Assembly (NCBI GenBank): GCA_003220685.1
Contig: QHTE01000056.1
Coordinates: forward strand, 1,231-65,230
Length of the DNA stretch: 64,000 bases
Reading direction: 5' to 3'
From: Candidatus Rokuibacteriota bacterium
GTDB lineage: Bacteria; Methylomirabilota; Methylomirabilia; Rokubacteriales; CSP1-6
In this document: positions 45,229 through 55,778 of the stretch, in pieces
Layout of the letters: each line of letters begins with the position of its first letter
Position numbering within the stretch: position 1 is the stretch's first letter
Made by a program: the position numbers and the translations under genes
Notes under the pieces: generated by a model
The model's input: only the letters and a program-made list of their open reading frames with translations
Told to the model about the DNA's origin: nothing
Databases searched by the model: none

Positions 45229-46506
45229 ATGAGCGACGGGTCTGTCGCTTCGAGAGCCACCCACCGGGCTGCTGTGTCGTCACCGGCCGGCTCAGTCGCC
45301 ATCGGCACGACCTTCGCGGTCATCCTGTCGCTGAGCTTCTGCCACTTGCTCAACGACTTGATGCAGTCGCTGGTGCCCGCGCTCTATCCCATTCTCAAGA
45401 GCTCCTACGGCCTGAGCTTCAGCCAGGTCGGCCTGATCACCCTGGCCTTCCAGTTCACGGCCTCCATGCTGCAGCCCGTGGTCGGCCTCTATACCGACCG
45501 CCACCCGCGACCGTATTCCCTGACGGTCGGCATCGGCCTCACCCTCGTCGGCCTCCTGTTGATGTCCCGGGCGTGGACTTATCCCGCGATCCTGCTCGCG
45601 GCCACGTTGATCGGGATGGGCTCGGCGATCTTCCATCCCGAGGCCTCTCGCGTGGCGCGCATGGCGGCCGGCGGCCGGTATGGGCTTGCCCAATCCCTGT
45701 TCCAGGTGGGCGGGAACATTGGTTCCACGTCGGGCCCATTGCTCGCGGCATTTGTCGTCGTCCCCCACGGGCAGTCGAGCATTGCGTGGTTCTCTGCTGC
45801 GGCGCTGATCGCCATCTTTGTATTGCTGCAGGTCGGGAGCTGGTACGCGCACCGCACGCCTGCGCGACCGGGGCCGCGGACCCCGGCAGCCGCCGTGGTG
45901 TCCGCCACGGCTCCACGCAAGAGCACGTTGCCGCGCCGGAAGGTCGTCCAGGCGGTCGTCATCCTCGTAGCCCTGCTCTTCTCTAAGAACGTGTACAGCG
46001 CGAGCCTGAGCTCGTACTACACCTTCTATCTGATCGACCGGTTCCACCTGTCGATACAGACGGCGCAGTTCCATCTGGTCGCCTTCCTCGTCGGCATCGT
46101 GATGGGCACGATTGCCGGCGGAGCCGTCGGTGATCGCGTGGGACGCAAGCCCGTCATGTGGTTCTCGATCCTGGGGGCCTTGCCGTTCGCGGTGGTCCTG
46201 CCGTACGCCAACCTGTTCTGGACCGGCATTCTGGCCGTGCTCATCGCCATGATCATGGCCTCGGCCTTCTCCGCCATCCTCGTCTATGCGCAAGAGCTGC
46301 TGCCGGGCAGGGTGGGTCTGGCCGCGGGGATGTTCTATGGCTTCTCGTTCGGTCTGGGGGGTCTGGGCGCCGCCGCCCTTGGGAAGCTGGCTGACCTCAC
46401 TAGCATCACCACCGTCTACCGCGTGTGCCCCTTTCTCCTCCTTCTGGGGCTCTTGACCGCTTTCTTGCCTCGGCGGCCCGGCGCGCCCTCGATGAAGGCG
46501 GCGTAA
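45229..46506 (+). CDS. MFS transporter, Fsr (fosmidomycin resistance)-like
   Basis: CHLLNDLMQS, SAIFHPEASRVAR, AQSLFQVGGN, SAFSAILVYAQEL. Confidence 0.88.
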   Translation: MSDGSVASRATHRAAVSSPAGSVAIGTTFAVILSLSFCHLLNDLMQSLVPALYPILKSSYGLSFSQVGLITLAFQFTASMLQPVVGLYTDRHPRPYSLTVGIGLTLVGLLLMSRAWTYPAILLAATLIGMGSAIFHPEASRVARMAAGGRYGLAQSLFQVGGNIGSTSGPLLAAFVVVPHGQSSIAWFSAAALIAIFVLLQVGSWYAHRTPARPGPRTPAAAVVSATAPRKSTLPRRKVVQAVVILVALLFSKNVYSASLSSYYTFYLIDRFHLSIQTAQFHLVAFLVGIVMGTIAGGAVGDRVGRKPVMWFSILGALPFAVVLPYANLFWTGILAVLIAMIMASAFSAILVYAQELLPGRVGLAAGMFYGFSFGLGGLGAAALGKLADLTSITTVYRVCPFLLLLGLLTAFLPRRPGAPSMKAA

Positions 46507-47314
46507 CGAACCGGAAGAAGGAGTCTCTAGTTCGCAGCGCGACGACATCGGCCACTCGGGAGTCCGGGCTCTAGCCGTCAAAGTCGACCGGAAGATGTGC
46601 TGCGGCTGACCAACACGTATCCGCGCGTGAATCTTACCCACTTCTCGGTCTGTTCCGGAGGGGTACTAGCGGTAAGGTGAATCCGCACACGAAGACCCGG
46701 CAGTTCATGGACTTGGTCAAGGGTCCTCTGGTTCATGTCCCGCTGAGTGGGAAGACCATGCAGTTCGACGGCCGCGGGAAGTGCACGGCGGGGTGCTAGC
46801 CAGCCGAGCTGCCTATCCAACGCCGAGCTCCCCGTCGCTCTTGACCGAGTTCCGCGGCGCGCGCCGCCAGAGGGCCGGAAGCGCGATACGCGACGGCCAC
46901 GGATTCCGCCGATGCCTGAGCACGCCGAAGCGGTTCGGTCCGGCTGTCACCGCACATGTCACTCGCCGCCGCACCCGCGCGCACCTTCCTGCGACACCGC
47001 GCATCCAGGCGGCTGTCATCGACGCGGCCCGATCGAAGGCCACGAGGTCGCCCTGGTCGCGCCCGAGGACCTGATCATCTCCTGCCAGGCGCACCAGAAA
47101 ATCCGCTCCCCCTGGGCCCGGCTCCTTGACCCCGCCCCGTGTTCGGCGCAGGATTGGCTGGGCCGTCGCGGGAGAGCTATCGCCGGCGCTCGCCTTCCGC
47201 CCGAGTGGTGGCGTTTCGGCGCCGGCTAAGTTCCCGGGAGCCCGGTTCCGCCGTATGGGGCGCTCGGCGAGGACCGCCGCTGGAGTACTTATGCGCTCCG
47301 ACAGGAGATGAACT

Positions 47315-49102
47315 GTGCGCAGAGTCGACCTTACCATTGGTATTGGTGGCGCGGCGGGCCAGGGAATTGCCACTCCCGGCGACATTCTGGCGCGGATCTT
47401 CGTCCGCCGCGGGCTCCACGTGAATGCCTACAATGCGTACCAATCCATCATTCGCGGCGGTCACATCTTCTTGACCCTCCGCACGAGTGACCAGCCCGTT
47501 CTCAGTCAGGGTGACAAGATCGATGTGCTCGTCCCGTTGAATCAGGACACCATGGATCGACACTTGAGGCTGATGCGCCCGGGCTCCGCGGTGCTCTTCA
47601 ACAGCGACACGATCAAGCCGGGTGTCGTCGCCGATGGCGTGCAACTCTGCCCGTTTTCCGTCAAAGCCCTGGCGCCCGCCATCAGGGGCGATCTCGTCCA
47701 GAACACCATAGCGCTGGCCGCGATCCTTCGCATGATCAAGGTCGAGTTCAAGATTCTCGAGGAGATCTTGGCGATCCAGTTCAGGAGGCGGGGCGCGGCC
47801 GCCGTGGCCGAAAACACGGGCGTCGCACGAGCAGGCTACGACTGCGCGGCGACTCATTTCACCGAATTCTCATTCTCGCTGCCTGACATGGGCAAGCGCC
47901 TGGCGTTCTTCGAGGGCAACCAGGCGCTCGCGATGGGCGGCGCCGCCGCCGGCGTGCGCTTTTACTGTGCCTATCCCATGAGCCCGGCGTCCGGAGTGCT
48001 TCACTGGATGTCGCGGCACGCGCGGCAGCTCGGCATCATGGTTCGGCAGGTCGAGGACGAGATCGGCGTGATCAACATGGCGATCGGGGCGGCTCACACG
48101 GGCTGCCGCGCCATGTGCGCGACCTCGGGCGGCGGCTTCGCCCTCATGACCGAAGCGCTGGGCGCGGCGGCCATGATGGAGATCCCCGTCGTCTGCATCA
48201 ACGTCCAGCGGGCGGGCCCGGCCACCGGCGTGCCCACCAAGACCGAGCAGGGCGATCTCTGGCAGGTGCTGGGTGCCGGCCAGGGAGACTATCCCCGGAT
48301 CATCGTCGCGCCGACGAACATCGTCGATTGCTTCAAGCTCGTCCCGACGCTCTTCAACCTGGTCGACAAGTTCCAGTGTCCGGGCATCATCCTCTCCGAT
48401 CTTCTTCTGTCGGAGGGCCGGTCCAGCATCGACCCGGCGGAGCTTGATTTCAAAGTCCCCATCGACCGCGGCGACGTCATCGGCCTTAACGGTGACGGGC
48501 CGCCCGTTAATGGCCACTTCAAGCGTTACCTCGTCACGGAAAGCGGTATCTCGCCGCGGGCGTTACCAGGGACTCCCGGCTTCAGCCATGTCGTGGCCAC
48601 CGACGAGCACGACGAGGATGGCGTGCTGATCAGCGACGAATTCACGGACCCGCACAAGCGTCAGGCCATCCACGAGAAGCGGATGCGCAAGATGGACGGA
48701 GTGCTGCCGCTCCTCCCGTCGCCGGAGCTTCATGGGGCTGCGGGCGCGCAAGTCACGCTGTTGGGCTGGGGCTCGACCGAAGGGGTCATTCGCGAAGCCA
48801 TCCAACAGCTAGCCGAGGCAAACGTCGCGGCCAACAACCTCCAGATTAGGTGGCTGGTCCCGCTGCACGCCGAGGCGATCCTTTCGATCCTGTCCAAGTG
48901 TCGGAAGGTCATCGTCGTCGAGAACAACTACAGCGGGCAGTTCGCGCGCTACTTGCGATCGGAGACCGGGTTCGCCGCCGACGGTCACATCCGAAAATAC
49001 GACGGGGAGCCGTTCATGCCGCACCACCTCGTGGACGGGGTCAATGCCATTCTGGCGGGTTCGACCAAACTCTACGTGCCCGTGCACGAGATCCAGGTTT
49101 GA
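47315..49102 (+). CDS. korA: 2-oxoacid:ferredoxin oxidoreductase alpha subunit (gamma-alpha fusion)
   Basis: GGAAGQG, IRGGH, GNQA, AYPMSPAS, EDEIG, ATSGGG, QRAGPATGVPTKTEQGD. Confidence 0.9.
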   Translation: MRRVDLTIGIGGAAGQGIATPGDILARIFVRRGLHVNAYNAYQSIIRGGHIFLTLRTSDQPVLSQGDKIDVLVPLNQDTMDRHLRLMRPGSAVLFNSDTIKPGVVADGVQLCPFSVKALAPAIRGDLVQNTIALAAILRMIKVEFKILEEILAIQFRRRGAAAVAENTGVARAGYDCAATHFTEFSFSLPDMGKRLAFFEGNQALAMGGAAAGVRFYCAYPMSPASGVLHWMSRHARQLGIMVRQVEDEIGVINMAIGAAHTGCRAMCATSGGGFALMTEALGAAAMMEIPVVCINVQRAGPATGVPTKTEQGDLWQVLGAGQGDYPRIIVAPTNIVDCFKLVPTLFNLVDKFQCPGIILSDLLLSEGRSSIDPAELDFKVPIDRGDVIGLNGDGPPVNGHFKRYLVTESGISPRALPGTPGFSHVVATDEHDEDGVLISDEFTDPHKRQAIHEKRMRKMDGVLPLLPSPELHGAAGAQVTLLGWGSTEGVIREAIQQLAEANVAANNLQIRWLVPLHAEAILSILSKCRKVIVVENNYSGQFARYLRSETGFAADGHIRKYDGEPFMPHHLVDGVNAILAGSTKLYVPVHEIQV

Positions 49103-49113
49103 AGGAGACGGCG

Positions 49114-50013
49114 ATGGCCACCATGGTTCAGACCGAACGCGTCAAGGTAACGGTCAAGGATCTCAAAGGCAAGGTCGATCCCGATTGGTGTCCCGGATGC
49201 GGCGACTTCGGCGTGCTCGCGGCCCTGAAGCAGGCAATCGTCGAGGCGGGGCTCGAGCCCCACAAGGTCTTGACCATCAGCGGCATCGGCTGCTCGTCGA
49301 ACCTGCCCGGCTATCTCAACACGTATGGCATGCACACCTTGCATGGCCGTGCCCTGGCGGTGGCCACCGGAGCCCAGCTGGCCAATCATGACTTGAAGAT
49401 CGTCGTGACGGGCGGAGACGGCGACGGGTACGGCATCGGCGGCAATCACTTTGTCCACGCCATGCGCCGCAACGTCGATCTGACCTACATCGTGATGAAC
49501 AACCAGATCTACGGGCTGACGACCGGCCAGCTGTCACCCACCAGTATCAAGGGAATGAACACCAAGAGCACGCCATTCGGCAGCGTTGAAAACCCCATCA
49601 ACCCGATCCCGCTAGCCATCGCGGCTGGGGCCTCTTACGTCGCTCGCGGATTTACCGGGCAGCAGAGGCAGCTGGTCGAGCTGATCAAGGGGGGTCTGCA
49701 GCACCGAGGCTTCGCCCTGATCGACACCTTCAGCCCTTGCGTGACGTACAACCACGACAACACCCATGAATTTTTCAAGCAGAGGACCCGCAAACTGGAA
49801 GAAATGGGTCATGACCCGACCGACTTGCATGGCGCTCTGGAGAAGGGCTGGCTGTGGGGCGAAGTCATCCCGATCGGCCTTTTCTGGAGGCGCCAGGATC
49901 TGCCGGCGCTAGATCAGCTCGAGCCAGTCCTCGGTGAAGGCGGCCCGCTGGCGCACCGTCCGCTGGGCGTCGCCTCGGACATCGCGCAGGCACTCATCAA
50001 AGAATTGATGTAG
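49114..50013 (+). CDS. korB: 2-oxoacid:ferredoxin oxidoreductase beta subunit
   Basis: WCPGCGD, GIGCSS, HGRA, TPP motif GGDGD...NNQIYGLTTGQ, SPCVTY; RBS aggag. Confidence 0.92.
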   Translation: MATMVQTERVKVTVKDLKGKVDPDWCPGCGDFGVLAALKQAIVEAGLEPHKVLTISGIGCSSNLPGYLNTYGMHTLHGRALAVATGAQLANHDLKIVVTGGDGDGYGIGGNHFVHAMRRNVDLTYIVMNNQIYGLTTGQLSPTSIKGMNTKSTPFGSVENPINPIPLAIAAGASYVARGFTGQQRQLVELIKGGLQHRGFALIDTFSPCVTYNHDNTHEFFKQRTRKLEEMGHDPTDLHGALEKGWLWGEVIPIGLFWRRQDLPALDQLEPVLGEGGPLAHRPLGVASDIAQALIKELM

Positions 50014-50026
50014 CGCCCGCGGCGGC

Positions 50027-50552
50027 TCAGTTCCCGCTCGCATGGCAGACGCGACGCACCGCGGCCACGATCTTCTCTTGCGTGGGTGTTTTCAGATGCT
50101 CGAGGTTCCTCGCGGGGGGCGGTCGGCGGAGTGCAAGCCGACGAAACCGACGCCTGAGTCGACCACGACGGCCCTGTGAGTCTTCCTTACGGAACGGACG
50201 ATCGTCTGCTCGTCCATTGGGCGGAGCGTCCGTGGGTCCACGATCTCCACGGAGATCGAGTCCTTCTCGAGCGCCTCGGCCGCCTCCATCGCGCATCGGA
50301 CCGTTCCGATGTAGGCGACGACTGTGACGTCGTGCCCTTGGCGGCGCACGACCGCCTCACCGAGCGGAATCGTGAAGTCGGGATCTTCGGGCACCTCGCC
50401 TTTCAACCTTGAGCCCGGGCACGTCAACGAAGTACCTCACCGTCGACTGCGGGTGCCTTACCGCTAACTGGCGCATGGGATCGCCACGGCCGCGGATCAC
50501 GATCGGGACGTTGCATTGCCCGCCCGACACGTAGGAGAGCCTCGCCGCTGTT
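50027..50552 (-). pseudogene. Degraded 2-oxoacid dehydrogenase E1 beta subunit (PdhB-like)
   Basis: Fragments in three frames: YVSGGQCNVPIVIRG..HPQS..VPGLKV; LKGEVPEDPDFTIPLGEAVVRRQG.DVT..EIVDPRTLRP.D..SVRKT; ARNLEHLKTP..EKIVAAV. Internal deletions. Confidence 0.8.
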
Positions 50553-50606
50553 ACCAACATGGCAGCCTCGGCGCCGTACGAGGAGCTCAGGCTCAAAGGC
50601 AAATGA
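50553..50606 (+). pseudogene. 3' tail of a deleted family-5 SBP paralogue
   Basis: TNMAASAPYEELRLKGK* nearly matches the C-terminus of the next gene (TNMATSAPYEELRLKSK*, 52105-52158). Confidence 0.8.
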
Positions 50607-50613
50607 GGGACGC

Positions 50614-52158
50614 GTGACTCCAGTGGTCCGATCGTTCGCCGCTCTCGCCGCGCTCCTCGTCGCGTGGGCCGGACCGCCGGCGTCGTCCTTCGCCGCTGGT
50701 CCAGAAGGGACGTTGACGATCGCCCGGACCGAATCGACGGCGGCCCGATGGTTCGACCCTGCGGAAATGGACGGAGGGCTCACCGGATTCTTTTACTTCT
50801 ACGCCCTGCACGACGCGCTGGTTAAGCCTATGCCCGGCAATGCGCTTGCGCCGTGCCTGGCGGAATCGTGGAGCGCTTCGCCCGACGGGCTCGCGTACGA
50901 GTTCGTCCTGCGCAAGGGTGTCAGGTTCCACAACGGTGATCCGCTCACCACCGAGGACGTCAAGTTCTCCTTCGAGCGTTACCGCGGCGCGGCTGCCAAG
51001 ATGCTGAAGGACCACGTGGCATCGGTCGACATCGTCGATCCGACTCGCATTCGCTTCCGTCTGAAGCGGGCCTGGCCCGATTTCATGACCTTCTACGGAG
51101 GGCTGGCCACCAGCGCCGGGTGGGTCGTCCCCAAGAAATACGTGGAGAGGGTGGGCGACGACGGGTTCCGGAAGGCGCCGGTCGGGGCAGGACCCTACAA
51201 GTTCGTCTCGTTCAAGCCCGGTGTCGAGCTCGTCCTGGAAGCGAACGAGCAGTACTGGCGCAAGACTCCCGGCGTCAAGACACTCATCATGCGCGGTGTC
51301 CCCGATGTCGCCACGCGTCTGGTCATGCTCAAGCGCGGCGAGGCCGATATCGCGTACGCGTTTGCCAGCAGCATGGCGGAGGAGATCAAGCGGACCCCGG
51401 GGCTGACGCTCCGGCCCTTCTATCCTCCGTTCGTCGTCTGGCTGGTCTTCACCGAGCAGTGGGATCCGAAATCGCCATGGTCGGATCGACGGGTGCGTCT
51501 GGCCGCCAACCTGGCCATCAACCGGAACGCCATCAATCAGGCCGAGACCCTCGGACTCTCGAAGCTCACTGCGAGCATCGTTCCCCAGAGCTTCGACGGC
51601 TATTGGCCGGCGCCGCTCTACGCCTATGACCCACCGCGAGCAAAGCAGCTCCTGGCGGAAGCCGGATACCCCAATGGCTTCGACGCCGGGCCGATCTCGG
51701 TGGATATCTCGTGGGCGACCGTCACGGAGGCCATCGTCAACGACCTTCGCGCGGCGGGAATGCGCGCAACGGTCCGTCCGCTGGAGCGTGCGGCCTTCGT
51801 CAAGGAGTACCAGGACAAACGGCTCCGGCCCATCGTCCAGAGTGGAAGCGCTACCTTCGGCAACGCGGCGACCCGGCTCGACGCTTTCGTGGCGTCGACC
51901 GGTCCCTTCACCTACGGGACCTATCCGGACATCGAGGGGTTGATGCGAGAGCTCGCGGGCGAGGTGGACCGCGGTAAGCGCGAGACGATCCTCCACCGGA
52001 TCCAGCAGCTCGTCTACGAGAAGGTGATGTACGGGCCGCTCTGGGAGCAAGCGGGCATCGGCGCGTTCGGGCCCCGCGTGGAGGAGCCCGCGATCGGGCT
52101 CATCACCAACATGGCGACGTCGGCGCCGTACGAGGAGCTGAGACTGAAGAGCAAGTGA
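50614..52158 (+). CDS. ABC transporter substrate-binding protein, family 5 (paralogue of 36439-37995)
   Basis: YALHDALVKPMPG, LAESW, EDVKFSFERY, GAGPY, SAPYEEL. Confidence 0.92.
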   Translation: MTPVVRSFAALAALLVAWAGPPASSFAAGPEGTLTIARTESTAARWFDPAEMDGGLTGFFYFYALHDALVKPMPGNALAPCLAESWSASPDGLAYEFVLRKGVRFHNGDPLTTEDVKFSFERYRGAAAKMLKDHVASVDIVDPTRIRFRLKRAWPDFMTFYGGLATSAGWVVPKKYVERVGDDGFRKAPVGAGPYKFVSFKPGVELVLEANEQYWRKTPGVKTLIMRGVPDVATRLVMLKRGEADIAYAFASSMAEEIKRTPGLTLRPFYPPFVVWLVFTEQWDPKSPWSDRRVRLAANLAINRNAINQAETLGLSKLTASIVPQSFDGYWPAPLYAYDPPRAKQLLAEAGYPNGFDAGPISVDISWATVTEAIVNDLRAAGMRATVRPLERAAFVKEYQDKRLRPIVQSGSATFGNAATRLDAFVASTGPFTYGTYPDIEGLMRELAGEVDRGKRETILHRIQQLVYEKVMYGPLWEQAGIGAFGPRVEEPAIGLITNMATSAPYEELRLKSK

Positions 52159-52668
52159 GCGGCCCAGCTGGCGCTCATGAACGGCGAGAATCACGTCGAC
52201 CTACTCTCTTCGCCACGACGTCGCAACAGGCGACTGGTCTTGGCGCTGATGGTTTAGCCGTCGCGCCCGCACGGGAATCGTGAACGTGAACGTCGAGTCC
52301 ACAGGGTACATTTCATGTGATCCTCACGAGCGGCGACGGTCGGAAGTGCGCCAACGTTAGCGCCGATTGACGAAGGCGCTCAGGGACGCTAGAGTCTCGC
52401 CACTCTCATGACTCTCCGATCTTCGGTTCCATAAGCGACCGAGAAGGCCTGGTGACGGAGATCCGCACGCCGGGAGTGGCGGAGGCCGGAAACGGGCCGC
52501 GGCGCCAGTCCTCGACCCCACTCCAGACTGTGCGGGCTGGTCGGGCTGACGCTCCCGCAATCGATATTGATCAGGGCCGCAGAGATCGACCCGTAAGTGA
52601 GGAGCGCGCCCGGGCCCCCGCGGCATGACATACGGAGGATGAGCGTTCGAGTCTGAGGAGGGCACAGC

Positions 52669-54282
52669 ATGCGTCGCTCTCGCTTCGTTCCGATGGCTGG
52701 ATGGTTGTCTCTCGTGGTCCTGGTCGTCCTTGGCGCATCTCCCACGCTCGGTTTGGCACCCAACCACGGTGGCGAGCTCACTCTTCGGCTGCGCGAGGAC
52801 CTGCCGCAGGGATTCGCCATAAACGAAACCGCCACGATCTCTACCATGTGGCCGGCGATGCCCTGCTTGAGCAACCTGGTGCTCTTCGATCCGCTCAAGA
52901 CCACGCACAGTGTGGACGCGATCATCGGCGAACTGGCGGAGAGGTGGTCGTGGCAAAGCAACTACCGCAGCCTGGTGTTCTTCCTGCGGACGGGAGTGAG
53001 GTGGCACGACGGCAAGCCCTTCAGCTCCAAAGACGTCAAATTCACGTTCGACTTGCTTCGTGAGAGCCCGGACGCTCCGACCAAGCTGCGCATCAACCCG
53101 CGGCGGGACTGGTACGCGAACCTCGAAGCCGTTGACGCAGTCGATCCCCAAACCGTCGCGTTCCGGCTGAAGCGGCCGCAACCCTCGCTGCTCCTGATGC
53201 TCGCATCCGGCTACACGCCGATCTACGCGGCTCACGTGCCACCGGCCAGCTATCGCACGGGTTGCGTCGGGACCGGGCCCTACAAGCTGAAGGAGTGGCG
53301 CAAGGGTGAGTTCGTCGAGTACATAAAAAACCCGGACTATTTCGTCAAGGGACGGCCTTATCTGGCCGGCCTCCGGTATCTGATCATCGGCGAGCGGGGC
53401 ACGGCGACGGCGGCACTCCAGGCCGGCCGCGTGGACGCGGCGTTTCCGGGCCAGACGCCCAAGCCGATCGCGGAGCGGCTCAAGAAGGCAGTGCCCCAAC
53501 TCGTGATGACAACAGTGAACACGAGCGTCATGGATCATCTTGTCGTCAACACCCAGAAGCCGCCCTTCGATAATGCGAAGGTCCGGCTTGCTCTGAGCCG
53601 CGCCATCGATCGCCGCGCGCTGATCGACGGCGTGTACCAGGGCGGGGCGGTCCTCGGGGCCTCGATGGCTCCGCCACCCTATGGCGTGTGGGGGCTCCTC
53701 GACAAGGACATCCGTGCACTCCCCGGCAATGGTGAAGCGGCCGACGAGAAGGCGAAGGCGCGGACTCTCCTGGCCGAGGCTGGTTTCGGGCCCAACGCTC
53801 CATTGAGGCTCGAGCTGCTGACGCGCGCGCTGCCCGACTTCCTGGACGTGGCCTCCTTCGTGATCAATGAGTTGAAGCACGTCGGTGTTGAGGCCTCCCT
53901 GAGGCAGGTGGAGTCAGCGCAGTGGCACCCGCTGCAGACGCGCGGCGATTTTCAGATTGGGATAGAGCGGACCGGCATCGAGCCGGACGACCCGGACGCC
54001 AACTTCTACGAGAACTACGGCTGCGGGTCGCCGCGGAACTATCCCCGTTACTGCAACGAGGAGATCTCGCGCCTGATCGATCGGCAATCGCTGGAGTTGG
54101 ACCCCGCTAAGCGCCTCGCGCTGGTTCACACGATCCAGCGAAAGCTCGAGGAGGCGGCGGTCCGCCCGGTGCTGGGCTGGCGGCTGGATTACTACACGGT
54201 CTGGCCATATGTGAAAAACCTGATTCCTCACCAGTCCATCTATAGCTGGGGCCGCATGCAGGAAGTGTGGGTCGACAAGTAA
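52669..54282 (+). CDS. ABC transporter substrate-binding protein, family 5
   Basis: RBS gaggag; GELAERW, WHDGKPFSSKDVKFT, GTGPY, KPPFDNAKVR. Confidence 0.92.
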   Translation: MRRSRFVPMAGWLSLVVLVVLGASPTLGLAPNHGGELTLRLREDLPQGFAINETATISTMWPAMPCLSNLVLFDPLKTTHSVDAIIGELAERWSWQSNYRSLVFFLRTGVRWHDGKPFSSKDVKFTFDLLRESPDAPTKLRINPRRDWYANLEAVDAVDPQTVAFRLKRPQPSLLLMLASGYTPIYAAHVPPASYRTGCVGTGPYKLKEWRKGEFVEYIKNPDYFVKGRPYLAGLRYLIIGERGTATAALQAGRVDAAFPGQTPKPIAERLKKAVPQLVMTTVNTSVMDHLVVNTQKPPFDNAKVRLALSRAIDRRALIDGVYQGGAVLGASMAPPPYGVWGLLDKDIRALPGNGEAADEKAKARTLLAEAGFGPNAPLRLELLTRALPDFLDVASFVINELKHVGVEASLRQVESAQWHPLQTRGDFQIGIERTGIEPDDPDANFYENYGCGSPRNYPRYCNEEISRLIDRQSLELDPAKRLALVHTIQRKLEEAAVRPVLGWRLDYYTVWPYVKNLIPHQSIYSWGRMQEVWVDK

Positions 54283-54436
54283 CGGGGCGCATCGGCGCAT
54301 GGCGCGAAGAGCGCTTGACACTATCGATGGGCGGTGCTGTGATCGCCTTCGTTTCGATAGCGAGGATGTGCAGGCCGCGAGCCGGTCGCTCGTGGCAGCC
54401 GGGGTGGTACACGGTCCAGCGCGCCGGGGGTGAGCC

Positions 54437-55753
54437 ATGGCAATGCAGCCAGGCGGCGTAACGAGACTCGGTCGGCGGGCATTTCTGAGGACTGCGGGCG
54501 CGATGACGGGGGCCGTAGCGGTCGGCGGGCTCCCCGAAATGGTCGCGGCGCAGAAGGCCCCCAGCTTTCCGAAGGGAACAAAGCTCAGCATCCTGGAATG
54601 GGTGAGCTTCGTTCCGGCCTCCGACGTGGAGTTCAAGCGGCTCGCGGCGGAATTCGGGAAGGTCGCCGGGGTCGACGTCACAGTCGACTTGATCAACATG
54701 AACGACCTGAACCCCCGGATCGCCTCGGCCATCGAGACCAAGAGTGGTCCCGACATCATCATGATGATCTCCAACTGGCCGCATCTCTACGCCGACGGCC
54801 TCGCCGACGTGGACGATGTTGCGGAGGAGATCGCCAGCCGGGACGGCGCGTACTACGAGCACAACAAGAAGGTCAGCGTCGTCGGCAACCGCTGGAAGGC
54901 GGTTCCGCTCTGCTCGGTTCCCTCGACGTGGGCGTACCGCGAGGACTGGTTCAAGGAGGTCGGGGCCACCAAGTTCCCCGAGACCTGGGACGAGTGGCGC
55001 AAGGTGGGCATCGCGCTCAAGAAGAAGAACCAGCCCATGGGGCAGGCCTTCGGCCACAGCTTGGGCGATCCCAACAACTGGGCCTACTCGGTCACCTGGG
55101 GGTTCGGCGGCGCCGAGACCGACCAGAGCGGGAAGGTCATCATCAACAGCAAGGAGACGCTCGAGGCCGTGAAGTTTACCGTCGCCGCCTGGAAGGACTG
55201 CCTCGACGAGGGCGGGCTGGCCTGGGACGACAGCAGCAACAACCGCGCGTACCTCGCCGGGACGATCTCGGCGACGATCAATGGCGCGAGCATCTACTTC
55301 GTCGCCAAGCGGCAATTCCCCGACATCGCCAAGGTCACCGGTCACGCCCACATGCCGAAGGGCCCGGGCGGGCGCTTCTACAACATCGGCGGTCAGGGCC
55401 GCGCCGTCATGAAGTACTCCAAGAATCAGCAGGTGGCCAAGGAGTTCCTTCGCTGGTTCATGGACCGACCCCAGTACGACAAGTGGATGGCGGCGAACGA
55501 TGGCTACACCGTCGGCCCGACGCCTTACTGGGAGAAGCATTCCTTGTGGGAGAAGGACCCGAAGCTCATCCCGTTCAGGGAAGCATCGAAGTTTGGCCGC
55601 TGGCCGGGCTATCCCGGTCCGCCGAGCCGGAAGGCGTCCGAGGCGCTGGTCAAGTACATCCTCGTGGACATGTACGCCCAGGCCATCAAGGGCATGAAGC
55701 CCGAGGACGCCGTGAAATGGGCGGAGAGTGAGCTGAAGAAAGCTTACGCATAG
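54437..55753 (+). CDS. Carbohydrate (CUT1) ABC transporter substrate-binding protein, Tat-exported
   Basis: RRAFLR signal; GPDII, YREDWF, PETWDE, WDDSSNNRAY. Confidence 0.9.
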   Translation: MAMQPGGVTRLGRRAFLRTAGAMTGAVAVGGLPEMVAAQKAPSFPKGTKLSILEWVSFVPASDVEFKRLAAEFGKVAGVDVTVDLINMNDLNPRIASAIETKSGPDIIMMISNWPHLYADGLADVDDVAEEIASRDGAYYEHNKKVSVVGNRWKAVPLCSVPSTWAYREDWFKEVGATKFPETWDEWRKVGIALKKKNQPMGQAFGHSLGDPNNWAYSVTWGFGGAETDQSGKVIINSKETLEAVKFTVAAWKDCLDEGGLAWDDSSNNRAYLAGTISATINGASIYFVAKRQFPDIAKVTGHAHMPKGPGGRFYNIGGQGRAVMKYSKNQQVAKEFLRWFMDRPQYDKWMAANDGYTVGPTPYWEKHSLWEKDPKLIPFREASKFGRWPGYPGPPSRKASEALVKYILVDMYAQAIKGMKPEDAVKWAESELKKAYA

Positions 55754-55778
55754 GCGGAGCGCGGCCGGAATAGCGCCA

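Noticed and set aside
46510-47310. Possible nucleotidyltransferase/antitoxin remnants (HEVALVAPEDLII) and short ORFs
   Set aside because: Too degraded; one short motif is not enough for a feature call.
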